Assembly (NCBI RefSeq): GCF_000017845.1
Contig: NC_010546.1
Location: 3,720,001-3,752,000 of the forward strand
Direction of reading: 5' to 3'
From: Crocosphaera subtropica ATCC 51142
Lineage (GTDB): Bacteria; Cyanobacteriota; Cyanobacteriia; Cyanobacteriales; Microcystaceae
DNA length: 32,000 bases
Positions 1-10,516 of this stretch are shown here, piece by piece (the stretch's first letter is position 1; each line of letters opens with the position of its first letter). The notes beneath the pieces are model-generated. The model ran no database searches and was not told the origin of the DNA. It saw only the letters and a program-made list of their open reading frames with translations. The position numbers and the translations under genes are program-made.

Positions 1-295
1 TTTATAAACAAATCTTCAGTAGCGTGCGTTAGGCAGATTAGAATTTTTTGAGATAAGCTACCATTTTGTTAGAGACGTAATGCGCTACAATCCATATTTG
101 TGGTGCATTGCGCCACGCTAATACACTCTACAATTATTTTAAAAATATCAGGTTTTTGAAAATAGCTTTAAGAGACTATTTGTAAAGAAAAAAGGTAGAG
201 GAAGCAGAAAAGGCAGAGTACGAAATCAAAACTCAAGTTCAGGGAGTTTGACAAAAAGGACAAGATAGATGATGCTTATTACCCAGATATAATAG

Positions 296-1580
<1,285 letters not shown>

Positions 1581-1609
1581 ATTATTCAATTAATGACTTT
1601 AATTTTTTG

Positions 1610-1634
1610 AAGTCCGCTATCGGCGGGCTTTTTG
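1610..1634 (+). terminator. rho-independent terminator after frr
   Basis: Stem aagtccgc / gcgggctt (8 bp, one G-U), 5-nt loop, then a T-run (ctttttgtg). Confidence 0.65.
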
Positions 1635-1884
1635 TGTGATTTGGTAAACTCTTAAGAAACACATTTAATATCTTTGTTTTGGTTCTTTTTTGCTCCTCCT
1701 ATTAATAGAATTGCGATTTTTTTACCCATTATACCGTAGTAAATGTGATACCCTGATCCAAAAAAAACTTAACTCATAAACTCTTTCTCCTACCTTTTTA
1801 TAGTCTCCAAAGTTTCATAAACTAATGTTCTCTCGATTTTTCAAATAAAATGATATCATAATCAAAAAGAAGACTAAATGTTAA

Positions 1885-3195
1885 ATGCTACATAATTTAG
1901 GCGATCGCTTTTGGATAAAAAATGCTCATATTCCTTTCTGTTTGTTGGAAAATATTTCTATTGAACCCCAGACAAGAGAACAATTATGTCATGTAGATTT
2001 AGAAATTAATCAAAATAAAATTATTAATATTATTCCTCACACTTCTAAACTTCCAGAATATCCCTATATTGATGTAAAAAAAGGAATTATTTTTCCTTGT
2101 TTTCTTGATAGTCATACTCACCTAGATAAAGGACATATTTGGGAGCGATCTCCTAACCTTTCAGGAACCTTTAAAGAAGCATTAAATACGGTTAAAAAAG
2201 ATGCTCAAAATAACTGGAAATCTGATGATATTCATCGACGTATGGAATTTGGATTACAATGCAGTTATGCCCAAGGAACTATAGCGATTAGAACCCATTT
2301 AGATGCGTTTGGCGAACAAGCAAAGATGAGTTTTGATATATTTAAACAGTTAAAAGATAAATGGCAAAATAAACTAACGTTACAAGCTGTTTCCTTAGTG
2401 TCTTTAGATTACTTTTTAAGCCAAGAAGGGGAAAAATTAGCTGATTTAGTAGCTGAGTACGGACAAATTTTAGGGGGCGTTGCCTACATGAACCCTGAAA
2501 TTGATCAACAATTAGACCGAGTTTTTATTTTAGCTAAAGAAAGAGATTTAGACTTAGATTTTCATGCCGATGAAACCAAAGATTCCGATTCAATTTGTTT
2601 AAAAAAAATTGCCCAAACAGCCATTAAACATCAATTTGAGAATAAAATTGCCTGTGGACATTGTTGTAGTTTAGCCCAACAATCTGAGCAATTAGTCCAA
2701 GAAACGATTAAATTAGTCAAAGAAGCCAATATCAACGTGATTAGTTTACCCCTGTGTAATTTATATCTACAAGATAGAACCCCAAAACAAACCCCAAAAT
2801 GGCGAGGGGTTACCGATGTTCACGCCTTGAAAAAACAAGGAATTCCTGTTATTTTTGCCAGTGATAACTGCCGAGATCCCTTCTATGGGTTTGGGAATCA
2901 TGATGGGTTAGAAATCTTAAAAGAATCAGTGAGAATTTGCCATCTCGATACTCCTTATGATAACTGGGTTACTGCTGTCAATAAAATCCCTGCACAGTTA
3001 ATGAAGTTACCCAACTTAGGTATAATAGGTATAGGAGTAAATGCAGATTTAGTGATATTTAAAGCCCGTTATTTTAGTGAATTATTCGCCCGTCCCCAAA
3101 GCGATCGCCAAGTAATGAGACAGGGTAAATTGATTGATACGACCTTGCCCGACTATTCCCAATTAGATGAGTTGATTTTTCCGTATCAACGATAA
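1885..3195 (+). CDS. amidohydrolase-superfamily deaminase, cytosine deaminase (CodA)-like
   Basis: 436 aa. HxH metal motif 'LDSHTHLDKGH', 'IRTHLD' and 'DFHADE' resemble E. coli CodA and related aminohydrolases. Very AT-rich coding sequence. Confidence 0.8.
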   Translation: MLHNLGDRFWIKNAHIPFCLLENISIEPQTREQLCHVDLEINQNKIINIIPHTSKLPEYPYIDVKKGIIFPCFLDSHTHLDKGHIWERSPNLSGTFKEALNTVKKDAQNNWKSDDIHRRMEFGLQCSYAQGTIAIRTHLDAFGEQAKMSFDIFKQLKDKWQNKLTLQAVSLVSLDYFLSQEGEKLADLVAEYGQILGGVAYMNPEIDQQLDRVFILAKERDLDLDFHADETKDSDSICLKKIAQTAIKHQFENKIACGHCCSLAQQSEQLVQETIKLVKEANINVISLPLCNLYLQDRTPKQTPKWRGVTDVHALKKQGIPVIFASDNCRDPFYGFGNHDGLEILKESVRICHLDTPYDNWVTAVNKIPAQLMKLPNLGIIGIGVNADLVIFKARYFSELFARPQSDRQVMRQGKLIDTTLPDYSQLDELIFPYQR

Positions 3196-3571
3196 CAAAA
3201 AAATAAAAGAAATAGAACTAATAGTTAAAAGAATTGAAAACTCAAGCATCTCCTTACACTGGAACCCTAAGTATATATTCCTAGTCTACATATTAATAAA
3301 ATCATAAACTTTACAAAAGTTAATGTAATCATGTAGTATTGTTAAGGAAGTAACCTAAAACTAGGAATTCATACCTAAATAGAGATGTATTCCCCTATGA
3401 CCTCCTTGTTGATAGCCTCCATCTTCAGAGTCAAAACCATGACTTATTAACAAAAACCTGATAAAACAGCAACCATAGTCAAAATTTTGTTACCATAAGC
3501 TTTCCCTTTTATATATCACTATTCCTTACTCTTCATTCTGTGACACTGAACTACTAGATAAAAAATCTCTT

Positions 3572-4528
3572 ATGAAGCTAACTAAAAGTAATCCTGATCC
3601 TGTTCGGGCTTATCTCAAAGAAATTGGTCGTGTTCCCTTGCTAACCCATGAAGAAGAGATTCTTTATGCCAAGCGAGTCCAACGATTAGTTAATTTAGAG
3701 AAACTCCGAGAGGAGATCATCGAAGAAACGGGACAAGAACCCACAGAAAGCCAATGGGCTAAAGCTGCTAAACTCTCTAAACGAGAATTTCGTTCCATCG
3801 TTGAATCAGGAGAAGCGGCGAAGCGAAAAATGGTAGAAGCCAATCTTCGCCTAGTGGTATCCGTTGCTAAAAAATATCTCAAACGGAACTTGGATCTCTT
3901 GGATCTCATCCAAGAAGGAACCATTGGGATGCAGCGAGGGGTAGAAAAATTTGACCCCACCAAAGGCTATCGCTTCTCAACCTATGCTTACTGGTGGATA
4001 CGTCAGGCCATTACGAGGGCGATCGCCGAAAAAAGCCGAACCATTCGTCTTCCCATTCATATCACCGAAAAACTCAACAAAATCAAAAAAGCCCAACGGG
4101 AACTATCCCAACAAAAAGGCCGCGCTGCTACTGTCACCGAATTAGCCGAAGAATTGGACTTAACCCCCAAACAAGTCCGAGAATATCTAGAAAGGGCCCG
4201 TCAACCCCTTTCCTTAGATTTACGGGTGGGGGATAACCAGGATACGGAATTAGGGGATCTCCTCGAAGATGATGGCCAGTCTCCCGAAGATTTTGCCACC
4301 CATTCCTCTTTACAATTTGACTTGGAACGGTTGATGGAAGACCTAACCTCTCAGCAAAAAGAAGTTATTGCTTTGCGCTTTGGACTCCTCGACGGACAAC
4401 CCTTAACCCTAGCTAAAATTGGTTCTCGTCTGAATATTAGTCGGGAACGGGTTAGACAAATTGAGAGAGAAGCCTTATCTAAACTGAGAAAACGGAAGGC
4501 GAATATTCAAGAATATTTAGCTAGTTAA
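3572..4528 (+). CDS. group 2 RNA polymerase sigma-70 family factor (SigB/SigD-like size)
   Basis: 318 aa. Region 2 '[10 protein letters not shown]', '[40 protein letters not shown]'; region 4.2 '[14 protein letters not shown]'. No long region 1.1, which fits group 2. Confidence 0.93.
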   Translation: MKLTKSNPDPVRAYLKEIGRVPLLTHEEEILYAKRVQRLVNLEKLREEIIEETGQEPTESQWAKAAKLSKREFRSIVESGEAAKRKMVEANLRLVVSVAKKYLKRNLDLLDLIQEGTIGMQRGVEKFDPTKGYRFSTYAYWWIRQAITRAIAEKSRTIRLPIHITEKLNKIKKAQRELSQQKGRAATVTELAEELDLTPKQVREYLERARQPLSLDLRVGDNQDTELGDLLEDDGQSPEDFATHSSLQFDLERLMEDLTSQQKEVIALRFGLLDGQPLTLAKIGSRLNISRERVRQIEREALSKLRKRKANIQEYLAS

Positions 4529-4546
4529 TCAGGGCAAAAATACCAT

Positions 4547-4597
4547 GAGGTCGGGGGATCGGAATTTACGGTTCGGTTCTACCGACCTCAATTTTAT
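4547..4597 (+). terminator. rho-independent terminator after the sigma factor gene
   Basis: gaggtcgg (4547-4554) pairs perfectly with ccgacctc (4582-4589). The interior can extend with G-U pairs. Followed by aattttatt. Confidence 0.55.
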
Positions 4598-4689
4598 TAA
4601 GAAACTTGTTACAGTAAAGATAACTCATGAGATAGTATCAATTCTATTAAAAGCTATATAGATAGCTAACATCCACAGGAGGCCAAACA

Positions 4690-5034
4690 GTGAATAATGA
4701 ATTAAACCGTTCCCAAAACTTTTTTAACCATGAAAATGAAACAGGGGAAAGCTTGTGGAAATATGTTCAGTCCCTGAGTCCCGAAACCATTTCCCAACTG
4801 TCTAAACCTGACTCTGCTGAAGTTTTCCAAGTCATGGAACGGAATATTATTGGCTTACTGGGTAATCTTCCTTCTGAACATTTCGGCGTAACGGTTAGTA
4901 CCAGTCGGGATCATTTAGGAAAATTATTAGCCTCAGCCATGATGAGTGGTTATTTCTTACGCAACGCTGAACAAAGACTTAACTTTGAAAAATCCCTACA
5001 AGCCATTAATAGTAGTACCCAAGACGAAGAATAA
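4690..5034 (+). CDS. DUF760-family protein (conserved cyanobacterial/plastid-lineage hypothetical)
   Basis: 114-aa ORF with a GTG start 7 nt after GGAGG. 'LWKYVQSLSPETI...VMERNIIGLLGNLP...LLASAMMSGYFLRNAEQRL' matches my recollection of DUF760. Confidence 0.75.
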   Translation: MNNELNRSQNFFNHENETGESLWKYVQSLSPETISQLSKPDSAEVFQVMERNIIGLLGNLPSEHFGVTVSTSRDHLGKLLASAMMSGYFLRNAEQRLNFEKSLQAINSSTQDEE

Positions 5035-5046
5035 AGCATAATCTCT

Positions 5047-6156
5047 TTGAACGATAAAAACAAACTGGTAGCTAAGGAAATAACGTTGCCAGTTTTTAAT
5101 TTAGCTGACCTGAGACAATCTCTGTTAACTTGGTATCAACAACAGGGACGACAGTTACCTTGGCGAAATACCAGAGATCCTTACTTAATCTGGGTGTCTG
5201 AGATTATGCTACAACAAACCCAGGTGAAAACCGTTCTTCCCTATTATCAACGGTGGTTAGACACCTTTCCTACCCTCGAAAGTTTAGCTAAAGCAGAGTT
5301 ACAAGGGGTCTTAAAAGCGTGGGAAGGATTAGGATATTATAGTAGAGCCAGAAATCTCCACAAAGCTGCTCAAATCGTTTTAAATGAATATAATGGGGTT
5401 TTTCCCCAACAACTCTCGGATGTTCTCACCTTACCTGGTATTGGACGTACCACCGCCGGCGGTATTCTTAGCGCAGCTTTCAACCAATCGGTTTCTATTT
5501 TAGACGGAAATGTGAAGCGGGTATTATCCCGTTTGATGGCGTTGCCCGTTCCCCCAAAAAAAGGGTTAAAATCATTATGGCAACTATCGGATCTTATTCT
5601 CGATCCTGAGAACCCTAGAGACTTTAATCAAGCATTAATGGATTTAGGGGCAGAAATTTGTGTTAAAACTAAGCCTAGATGTTTACTCTGTCCCTGGACA
5701 TCTCACTGTTTAGCGTATCAACAAGGTCAACAAAATCAACTTCCTATGACTGAAACAACAAAACCCCTTCCCCATAAAAAAATTGGTGTGGCTGTCATCT
5801 ATAATGACGCTGGTTTAATTTTAATCGATCGCCGTCCTAACAAGGGGTTATTAGGAGGTTTATGGGAGTTTCCTGGGGGAAAAATAGAACCCGATGAAAC
5901 CGTAGAAGATTGTATCAAACGAGAGATTAAAGAAGAGATTGATATTGAGATCGAAGTGGGGGAAAATTTAGTTAATTTAGATCATGCTTATACCCATTTT
6001 AAAGTAACGTTATATGTTCATATTTGTCGCTATTTAACAGGAGAACCCAAACCTATCGAATGTGAAGAAATTCGTTGGGTGAGTTTAGAAGAAATTGATC
6101 AATTTCCTTTCCCCAAAGCTAATACAAAGATTATTGAGATGTTAAAAAATAGATAA
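5047..6156 (+). CDS. mutY: A/G-specific adenine DNA glycosylase with a Nudix-box-containing C-terminal domain
   Basis: 'VSEIMLQQTQV', HhH 'LPGIGRTTAGGI', catalytic 'LDGNVKRVLSR', 4Fe-4S ligands C-x6-C-x2-C-x5-C ('CVKTKPRCLLCPWTSHC'). C-terminal MutT-like domain. The TTG start is uncertain. Confidence 0.9.
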   Translation: MNDKNKLVAKEITLPVFNLADLRQSLLTWYQQQGRQLPWRNTRDPYLIWVSEIMLQQTQVKTVLPYYQRWLDTFPTLESLAKAELQGVLKAWEGLGYYSRARNLHKAAQIVLNEYNGVFPQQLSDVLTLPGIGRTTAGGILSAAFNQSVSILDGNVKRVLSRLMALPVPPKKGLKSLWQLSDLILDPENPRDFNQALMDLGAEICVKTKPRCLLCPWTSHCLAYQQGQQNQLPMTETTKPLPHKKIGVAVIYNDAGLILIDRRPNKGLLGGLWEFPGGKIEPDETVEDCIKREIKEEIDIEIEVGENLVNLDHAYTHFKVTLYVHICRYLTGEPKPIECEEIRWVSLEEIDQFPFPKANTKIIEMLKNR

Positions 6157-6159
6157 TGA

Positions 6160-6207
6160 AGTCAGAAGTCAGGAGTCAGAATAAAACTATTCCCTATTCC
6201 CTATTCC
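6160..6207. repeat. two adjacent heptamer tandem arrays (STRR-like): AGTCAGR x3 and CTATTCC x3
   Basis: 6160-6180 agtcaga|agtcagg|agtcaga. 6187-6207 ctattcc x3 (perfect). Lies between convergent mutY and the antiporter. Confidence 0.85.
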
Positions 6208-7485
6208 GGAGTTCCTTTTCTTCACAGGTAATTTTGAATTGGTCTGATCACTTATATTTTGCTGATAAAAAATTGACAAAGGAACGGCACTAATACCATG
6301 AATAATCACCGATCCTAAAATAACGAGACTCACCACCGACCAAACTTCATGTAATCCCGTTTTGTGGGCTGCTAAATTAGCATAAAAAATGGCCGCCACA
6401 CCAATAGGACCAAACCAACCCATAAACAGAGCATCCAGGTATCCTTTTGTATGGGGAATAAAACGATTTAGCAATAAAAACACAGGAAGACGGCGCAATA
6501 ATAAAATGGCAATGACCAATAATAATCCTTGCCAACCTAAAGATAACCAGTCTTGCCAAGGTAAAGCCAAACCAAACAGTGCAAACATGGTTGTAGTGGT
6601 CATTAAATCAAGAGCATCTTGTACATTCTCCTCCTCGGAACGTTCTGATCCTTTGACCACCAGATCAAACCCTACACCTGCCATAAAAACCGCTAAAATA
6701 CCATCACTTCCGATTAATTTGACCCCTCCTAACGCCACAAAAGACACCGCAACCATATAGACTAAAAAAGACTGTTTATCCATCATTTTTTTGCGTTGCG
6801 ACCATTTCAGCAGTTTGCCGGCGAAATAACCCAAGACTAAACCAAAAACAATGGCTGCCCCCACATCCCATAACCAAATCACCGAAAACCAGTGAGCAAT
6901 GGGATCAGAATAAGAGGGTATGACCATTAACAGAGGTAAAAACACAAACGGGTAAGCTAAGCCATCATTTAACCCCGACTCAGCAGCCAGTAAGTGGCGA
7001 ACCCGATCCGGTAAATGTTTTTCGGCAAATTTTCCCGTGACAATGGTTGAAGCGAGAACCGGATCAGTGGGAGTTAACACTGCACCTATAAGTATCGCCA
7101 CCCAAGGATCTACATTGAGTATTACATAAACTAATAAACTACTAATTGCCCACATACTCAACATCAAGGGCCCGATAATAATGGCTAAACTTCGCCAATG
7201 CTTAAACGGATAAGCTGACTCTAAATGAAGGGCTGTTGAGATCAATTGTACAGCGATCGCCAGACGGGCCAATTCTTCGAGGATTAATTCTTGGGTTCCC
7301 CAGGCATGAAGATCAAAGAGATGAAACACTGGCCCCCAGAATATCCCTAAAACAAGGGCAAACATCGGAGCAGATAAATAAAGCTGTTGTTTGAAAAAGC
7401 GAGACAACAAAGCATAGAAGAAGAGTAACCCCCCTAAACTTAACAGAGCAAGATTAAATTTGGTCGGATCAAGCGGTTGAGCCAC
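6187..7485 (-). CDS. CPA1-family Na+/H+ (cation:proton) antiporter, NhaP-type
   Basis: 432 aa and polytopic. 'AAESGLNDGLAYPF' resembles the NhaP/NHE signature. The last 7 codons plus the stop are encoded by the CTATTCC array. Confidence 0.88.
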   Translation of the reverse strand: MAQPLDPTKFNLALLSLGGLLFFYALLSRFFKQQLYLSAPMFALVLGIFWGPVFHLFDLHAWGTQELILEELARLAIAVQLISTALHLESAYPFKHWRSLAIIIGPLMLSMWAISSLLVYVILNVDPWVAILIGAVLTPTDPVLASTIVTGKFAEKHLPDRVRHLLAAESGLNDGLAYPFVFLPLLMVIPSYSDPIAHWFSVIWLWDVGAAIVFGLVLGYFAGKLLKWSQRKKMMDKQSFLVYMVAVSFVALGGVKLIGSDGILAVFMAGVGFDLVVKGSERSEEENVQDALDLMTTTTMFALFGLALPWQDWLSLGWQGLLLVIAILLLRRLPVFLLLNRFIPHTKGYLDALFMGWFGPIGVAAIFYANLAAHKTGLHEVWSVVSLVILGSVIIHGISAVPLSIFYQQNISDQTNSKLPVKKRNSGIGNRE

Positions 7486-7600
7486 AATTGCTGGATATTT
7501 AACAACAAATTGATACGTTTTAATGTTCTAAATACATAACTAATTTTTTCATCTTTCTGAGGTCTGAAATTATCGCAAAAATAATCAAAACTTTTGCTAG

Positions 7601-8656
7601 ATGTACCCAGGGACAGTCTCGGCCAAGATGAACAGATATGAAACTATTCAAGTTATTGTGAATTTCTTCCTGTTAATTTTTGGATTATTCCTAGTAGTCT
7701 TATCCCTTATCGATGCTTTATGGACCGCGTTATGGGTAGATGGTGGTGCAGGACCTGTTACTGACCGAGTAACCAACCTGGTTTGGTGGACCATGAAAAA
7801 AGTGATTCCTAAAAAGCGTAATTATTGGCTCAGTCTTGCCGGTCCGGTAATTCAAACCCTCATCGCCTTTGTTTGGGTTGGGTTGTTATGGATAGGATGG
7901 GTGATGATGTTTAGTGCTGATGAGACTGCTTTAGTCTACACTCGCACCCCCGAAAAAACCCCTTCTGATCTTATGGATCGTATTTATTTTGTCGCTTATA
8001 CCATGTCCACTATGGGAAATGGTGACACCTATCCTCAAGGGGATGTTTGGGAATTAGCTGCTTCGTTTACAACTTTTAGTGGTATGTTTATGATTACCTT
8101 AGTGGTCAGTTTTGTGCTATCAGTCATTGGAGGGGTGACCACGAAACGAGCGTTAGCCAGCCAAATTACAGGATTAGCCAATAGTTCCGAGGACTTTCTG
8201 ATTAATAGTTGGGATGGCAAACAATTTGCAGGACTGGATTTATTCTTGATGTCCGTATCATCTCAAGTGGGGGAACTGGCTGAGCAACAACTCGCTTATC
8301 CTATTTTGCATCGCTATCATGGTGCTTCTCTAGCAGAAGATAGCGCACCTGCGATCGCTGTTTTGGATGATGCTTTGACTTTACTAAGATTTGGGGTTCA
8401 AAAGCCTTATCGTCCCACACCATTAATGCTAAAATCTGCCCGTGCTACGGTGCAAACTTATCTAAAAACTCTGGCTTCTGCCTCTATTTATCCGTCTGCT
8501 CATCCTCCGATTATTCCTGATTTAAGCCTACTACGAAAAGCGGGAATTCCGATGGTTAGTGATGAGGAATTTTTGCGTTCTGTTGATAATTTAGCCCATC
8601 GTCGTAAGTTACTGTTAGGGTTAGTTCAACGTAATCATTTTCGCTGGCCGAAATAA
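7601..8656 (+). CDS. pore-loop cation channel (K+-channel-fold, Ion_trans_2-like) with soluble C-terminal domain
   Basis: TM helices flank a pore-loop 'YFVAYTMSTMGNGDTYP' (TxGxGD-type filter). ATG 7628 is an alternative start. Confidence 0.75.
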   Translation: MYPGTVSAKMNRYETIQVIVNFFLLIFGLFLVVLSLIDALWTALWVDGGAGPVTDRVTNLVWWTMKKVIPKKRNYWLSLAGPVIQTLIAFVWVGLLWIGWVMMFSADETALVYTRTPEKTPSDLMDRIYFVAYTMSTMGNGDTYPQGDVWELAASFTTFSGMFMITLVVSFVLSVIGGVTTKRALASQITGLANSSEDFLINSWDGKQFAGLDLFLMSVSSQVGELAEQQLAYPILHRYHGASLAEDSAPAIAVLDDALTLLRFGVQKPYRPTPLMLKSARATVQTYLKTLASASIYPSAHPPIIPDLSLLRKAGIPMVSDEEFLRSVDNLAHRRKLLLGLVQRNHFRWPK

Positions 8657-8698
8657 TTCGATTTTGATGGAGTAAAAACCTTAAATTAACTCAATATT

Positions 8699-9229
8699 AT
8701 GGAAAAAATTATCTTTTTTTACGGAGGCGTTAGCCCAATTATTCGTATTATCGTCGTTGGGACATTAGCTTATCTGAGTTTATTAATTTTATTGCGTATT
8801 TCAGGACAAAGAACCTTAACTCGAATGCACGCTTTTGATTTTGTCGTTACTATTGCTATTGGTTCTACGTTCGGGCGATTAATGACAGCGAAAGGGGTAT
8901 CTTTAGCTGAAAGTGTGACAGCTTTTTTGGTTTTAATCGTTCTACAATCTATTTTCTCATGGATGATGGTACGCTCTTCTAAGTTTGCTTATTGGGTCAC
9001 GGCTACGCCATCCTTGCTTTATTTTCGAGGAAAAATTCTTCGTAAAGCGATGAAAAAACATCGAGTAACTCAAGAGGAATTATTATCAGTGATTCGTCAA
9101 CATAAAATTGGTTCTCTCGAAGATGTAGAAGCGATTATTCTCGAATCAGCCGGAACCTTTGCCGTGATTAAAAAAGGGGCTACCGATTATTCTGCTCTGA
9201 ATAATCTGCTGGGGATTCATCAATTTTAA
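8699..9229 (+). CDS. DUF421 (YetF-like) membrane protein
   Basis: 176 aa. 'LLRISGQRTLTRMHAFDFVVTIAIGS' is the typical DUF421 N-terminal motif. C-terminal soluble part. Confidence 0.8.
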   Translation: MEKIIFFYGGVSPIIRIIVVGTLAYLSLLILLRISGQRTLTRMHAFDFVVTIAIGSTFGRLMTAKGVSLAESVTAFLVLIVLQSIFSWMMVRSSKFAYWVTATPSLLYFRGKILRKAMKKHRVTQEELLSVIRQHKIGSLEDVEAIILESAGTFAVIKKGATDYSALNNLLGIHQF

Positions 9230-9349
9230 CACTTAATTTCTAACTTCTGATTAGCTCAACGTCACTCTTTAGAAAGATAAGTCTTTATAATTTAATAGGT
9301 TTTTAATAGGTTAAGCTGAAATTAATAGTCGAAAACTAGAGGAAATGAA

Positions 9350-9541
9350 ATGACTGGTCACGCAAGTCACAAAGGCACTTCTCCCAAACCCAACACCAAT
9401 GCAGAAGGTTCTTTAGATACGGTTACAGATGGCATTAATCCCCATGAAATTGCCCCCGATAATGCTGAAACTATGAGAGTTCAAGAATCACCAGAAAATG
9501 AAGCAGCAACTGAACAACCTGACAATATTTCCGAGCAATAA
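9350..9541 (+). CDS. small acidic, low-complexity hypothetical protein
   Basis: 63-aa ORF with GAGGAA 6 nt upstream. Hydrophilic and disordered-looking. No family recognised, so it may not be real. Confidence 0.4.
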   Translation: MTGHASHKGTSPKPNTNAEGSLDTVTDGINPHEIAPDNAETMRVQESPENEAATEQPDNISEQ

Positions 9542-9577
9542 AAATAGATTGAATTGATAAAAAAGGAACTAAGAATT

Positions 9578-10438
9578 ATGACGATTACTCCTGATCAAAT
9601 TCCGGCTCAATCTCAGGATAGAACCCCTGCATTAGAATCCGAAATGACCCCTAGGCCAGAGTACGATGATCCTCATTATAAAGGTAGTGACAAACTACGG
9701 GATAAAGTTGCTTTAATTACCGGTGGGGATAGTGGAATTGGTCGCTCGGTTGCGGTCTATTTTGCTAAAGAAGGGGCAAACGTTGCTATTTGTTATTTAG
9801 ATGAACATGAAGACGCTAAAGAAACACAAAAAGCAGTAGAAGAATATGAGTGTGAATGTCTTCTGATTCCTGGAGATATTCGTAGCGAAAAGTTTTGTCA
9901 AGAAGCGGTTCAACAAACATTAAATAAGTTTGGCAAGTTAGATATTTTGGTGAATAATGCTGCAGTTCAGTATTTAGAACCGAGTTTAGAGGAAATTGAT
10001 TCGGCTCAATTAGGGGATACTTTCGCCACTAATATCTTTTCTATGTTTTATTTAACTAAAGTGGCAGTTCCTCATTTAAAACCAGGCAGTTCTATTATTA
10101 ATACAACCTCCATCAACGCTTATAAAGGTAACTCGAAACTCTTGAGTTATTCCACAACAAAAGGCGCAATCTTAGCCTTTACTCGTTCTGTTGCCGAACC
10201 TTTATTAGAGAAAGGAATTCGAGTTAATGGGGTTGCTCCTGGGCCGATTTGGACTCCTTTTATTCCTGATGCTTTTGAAGGAGAAGCTGTTAGTAATTTT
10301 GGAAAACAAGTTCCTATGCAACGTCCTGGACAACCTAAAGAAATTGCCCCTAGTTTCGTTTTTTTAGCCTCAGAAGATGCGTCTTATATGGCAGGACAAG
10401 TGCTTCATCCTAATGGTGGGGTTGTGATTGGTGCATAA
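9578..10438 (+). CDS. SDR-family oxidoreductase (YhdF/YghA, general stress protein 39-like)
   Basis: 'TGGDSGIG' cofactor motif, 'NNAA', catalytic 'YSTTKGAI', 'PGPIWTP'. ATG 9578 is preferred over the upstream TTG 9554 of the ORF track. Confidence 0.9.
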   Translation: MTITPDQIPAQSQDRTPALESEMTPRPEYDDPHYKGSDKLRDKVALITGGDSGIGRSVAVYFAKEGANVAICYLDEHEDAKETQKAVEEYECECLLIPGDIRSEKFCQEAVQQTLNKFGKLDILVNNAAVQYLEPSLEEIDSAQLGDTFATNIFSMFYLTKVAVPHLKPGSSIINTTSINAYKGNSKLLSYSTTKGAILAFTRSVAEPLLEKGIRVNGVAPGPIWTPFIPDAFEGEAVSNFGKQVPMQRPGQPKEIAPSFVFLASEDASYMAGQVLHPNGGVVIGA

Positions 10439-10480
10439 CTAAATTGATTGTTGAACATTTGAAAAACTCTTGCTACTTTT

Positions 10481-10516
10481 AGCATAAAGAGAAATCTCTT
10501 TGTGCTATTTTATGTT
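10481..10516 (+). terminator. rho-independent terminator after the SDR gene
   Basis: agcataaagag / ctctttgtgct forms an 11-bp stem (one G-U) with loop aaat, then attttatgtt. Confidence 0.65.

Noticed and set aside
3196-3571. Search for NtcA (GTA-N8-TAC) or HLR1-type motifs upstream of the sigma factor, and likewise upstream of gap and xfp
   Set aside because: Only partial matches were found (e.g. gtatatattcctag, tttacaaaagttaatgta). None fits the consensus well enough to report.
3664-4236. Track ORFs 3664-3963 (-), 3951-4145 (+) and 3994-4236 (+) overlapping the sigma factor gene
   Set aside because: They lie entirely inside a strongly supported sigma-70 CDS in other frames. They have low-complexity, Arg/Ser/Pro-rich translations and no recognisable motifs.
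6160-6207. Heptamer arrays (here and at 26834-26927) as CRISPR or minisatellite loci
   Set aside because: The units are only 7 nt, there are 3-4 copies and there are no spacers. They are not CRISPR-like and fit cyanobacterial STRR-type repeats better.
6377-6760. Track ORFs 6377-6559 (-) and 6389-6760 (+) inside the antiporter gene
   Set aside because: These are alternative-frame or antisense ORFs within a well-supported polytopic transporter CDS. Their composition is typical of shadow ORFs.
8035-8220. Antisense ORF inside the channel gene
   Set aside because: A shadow ORF with no RBS or motif.
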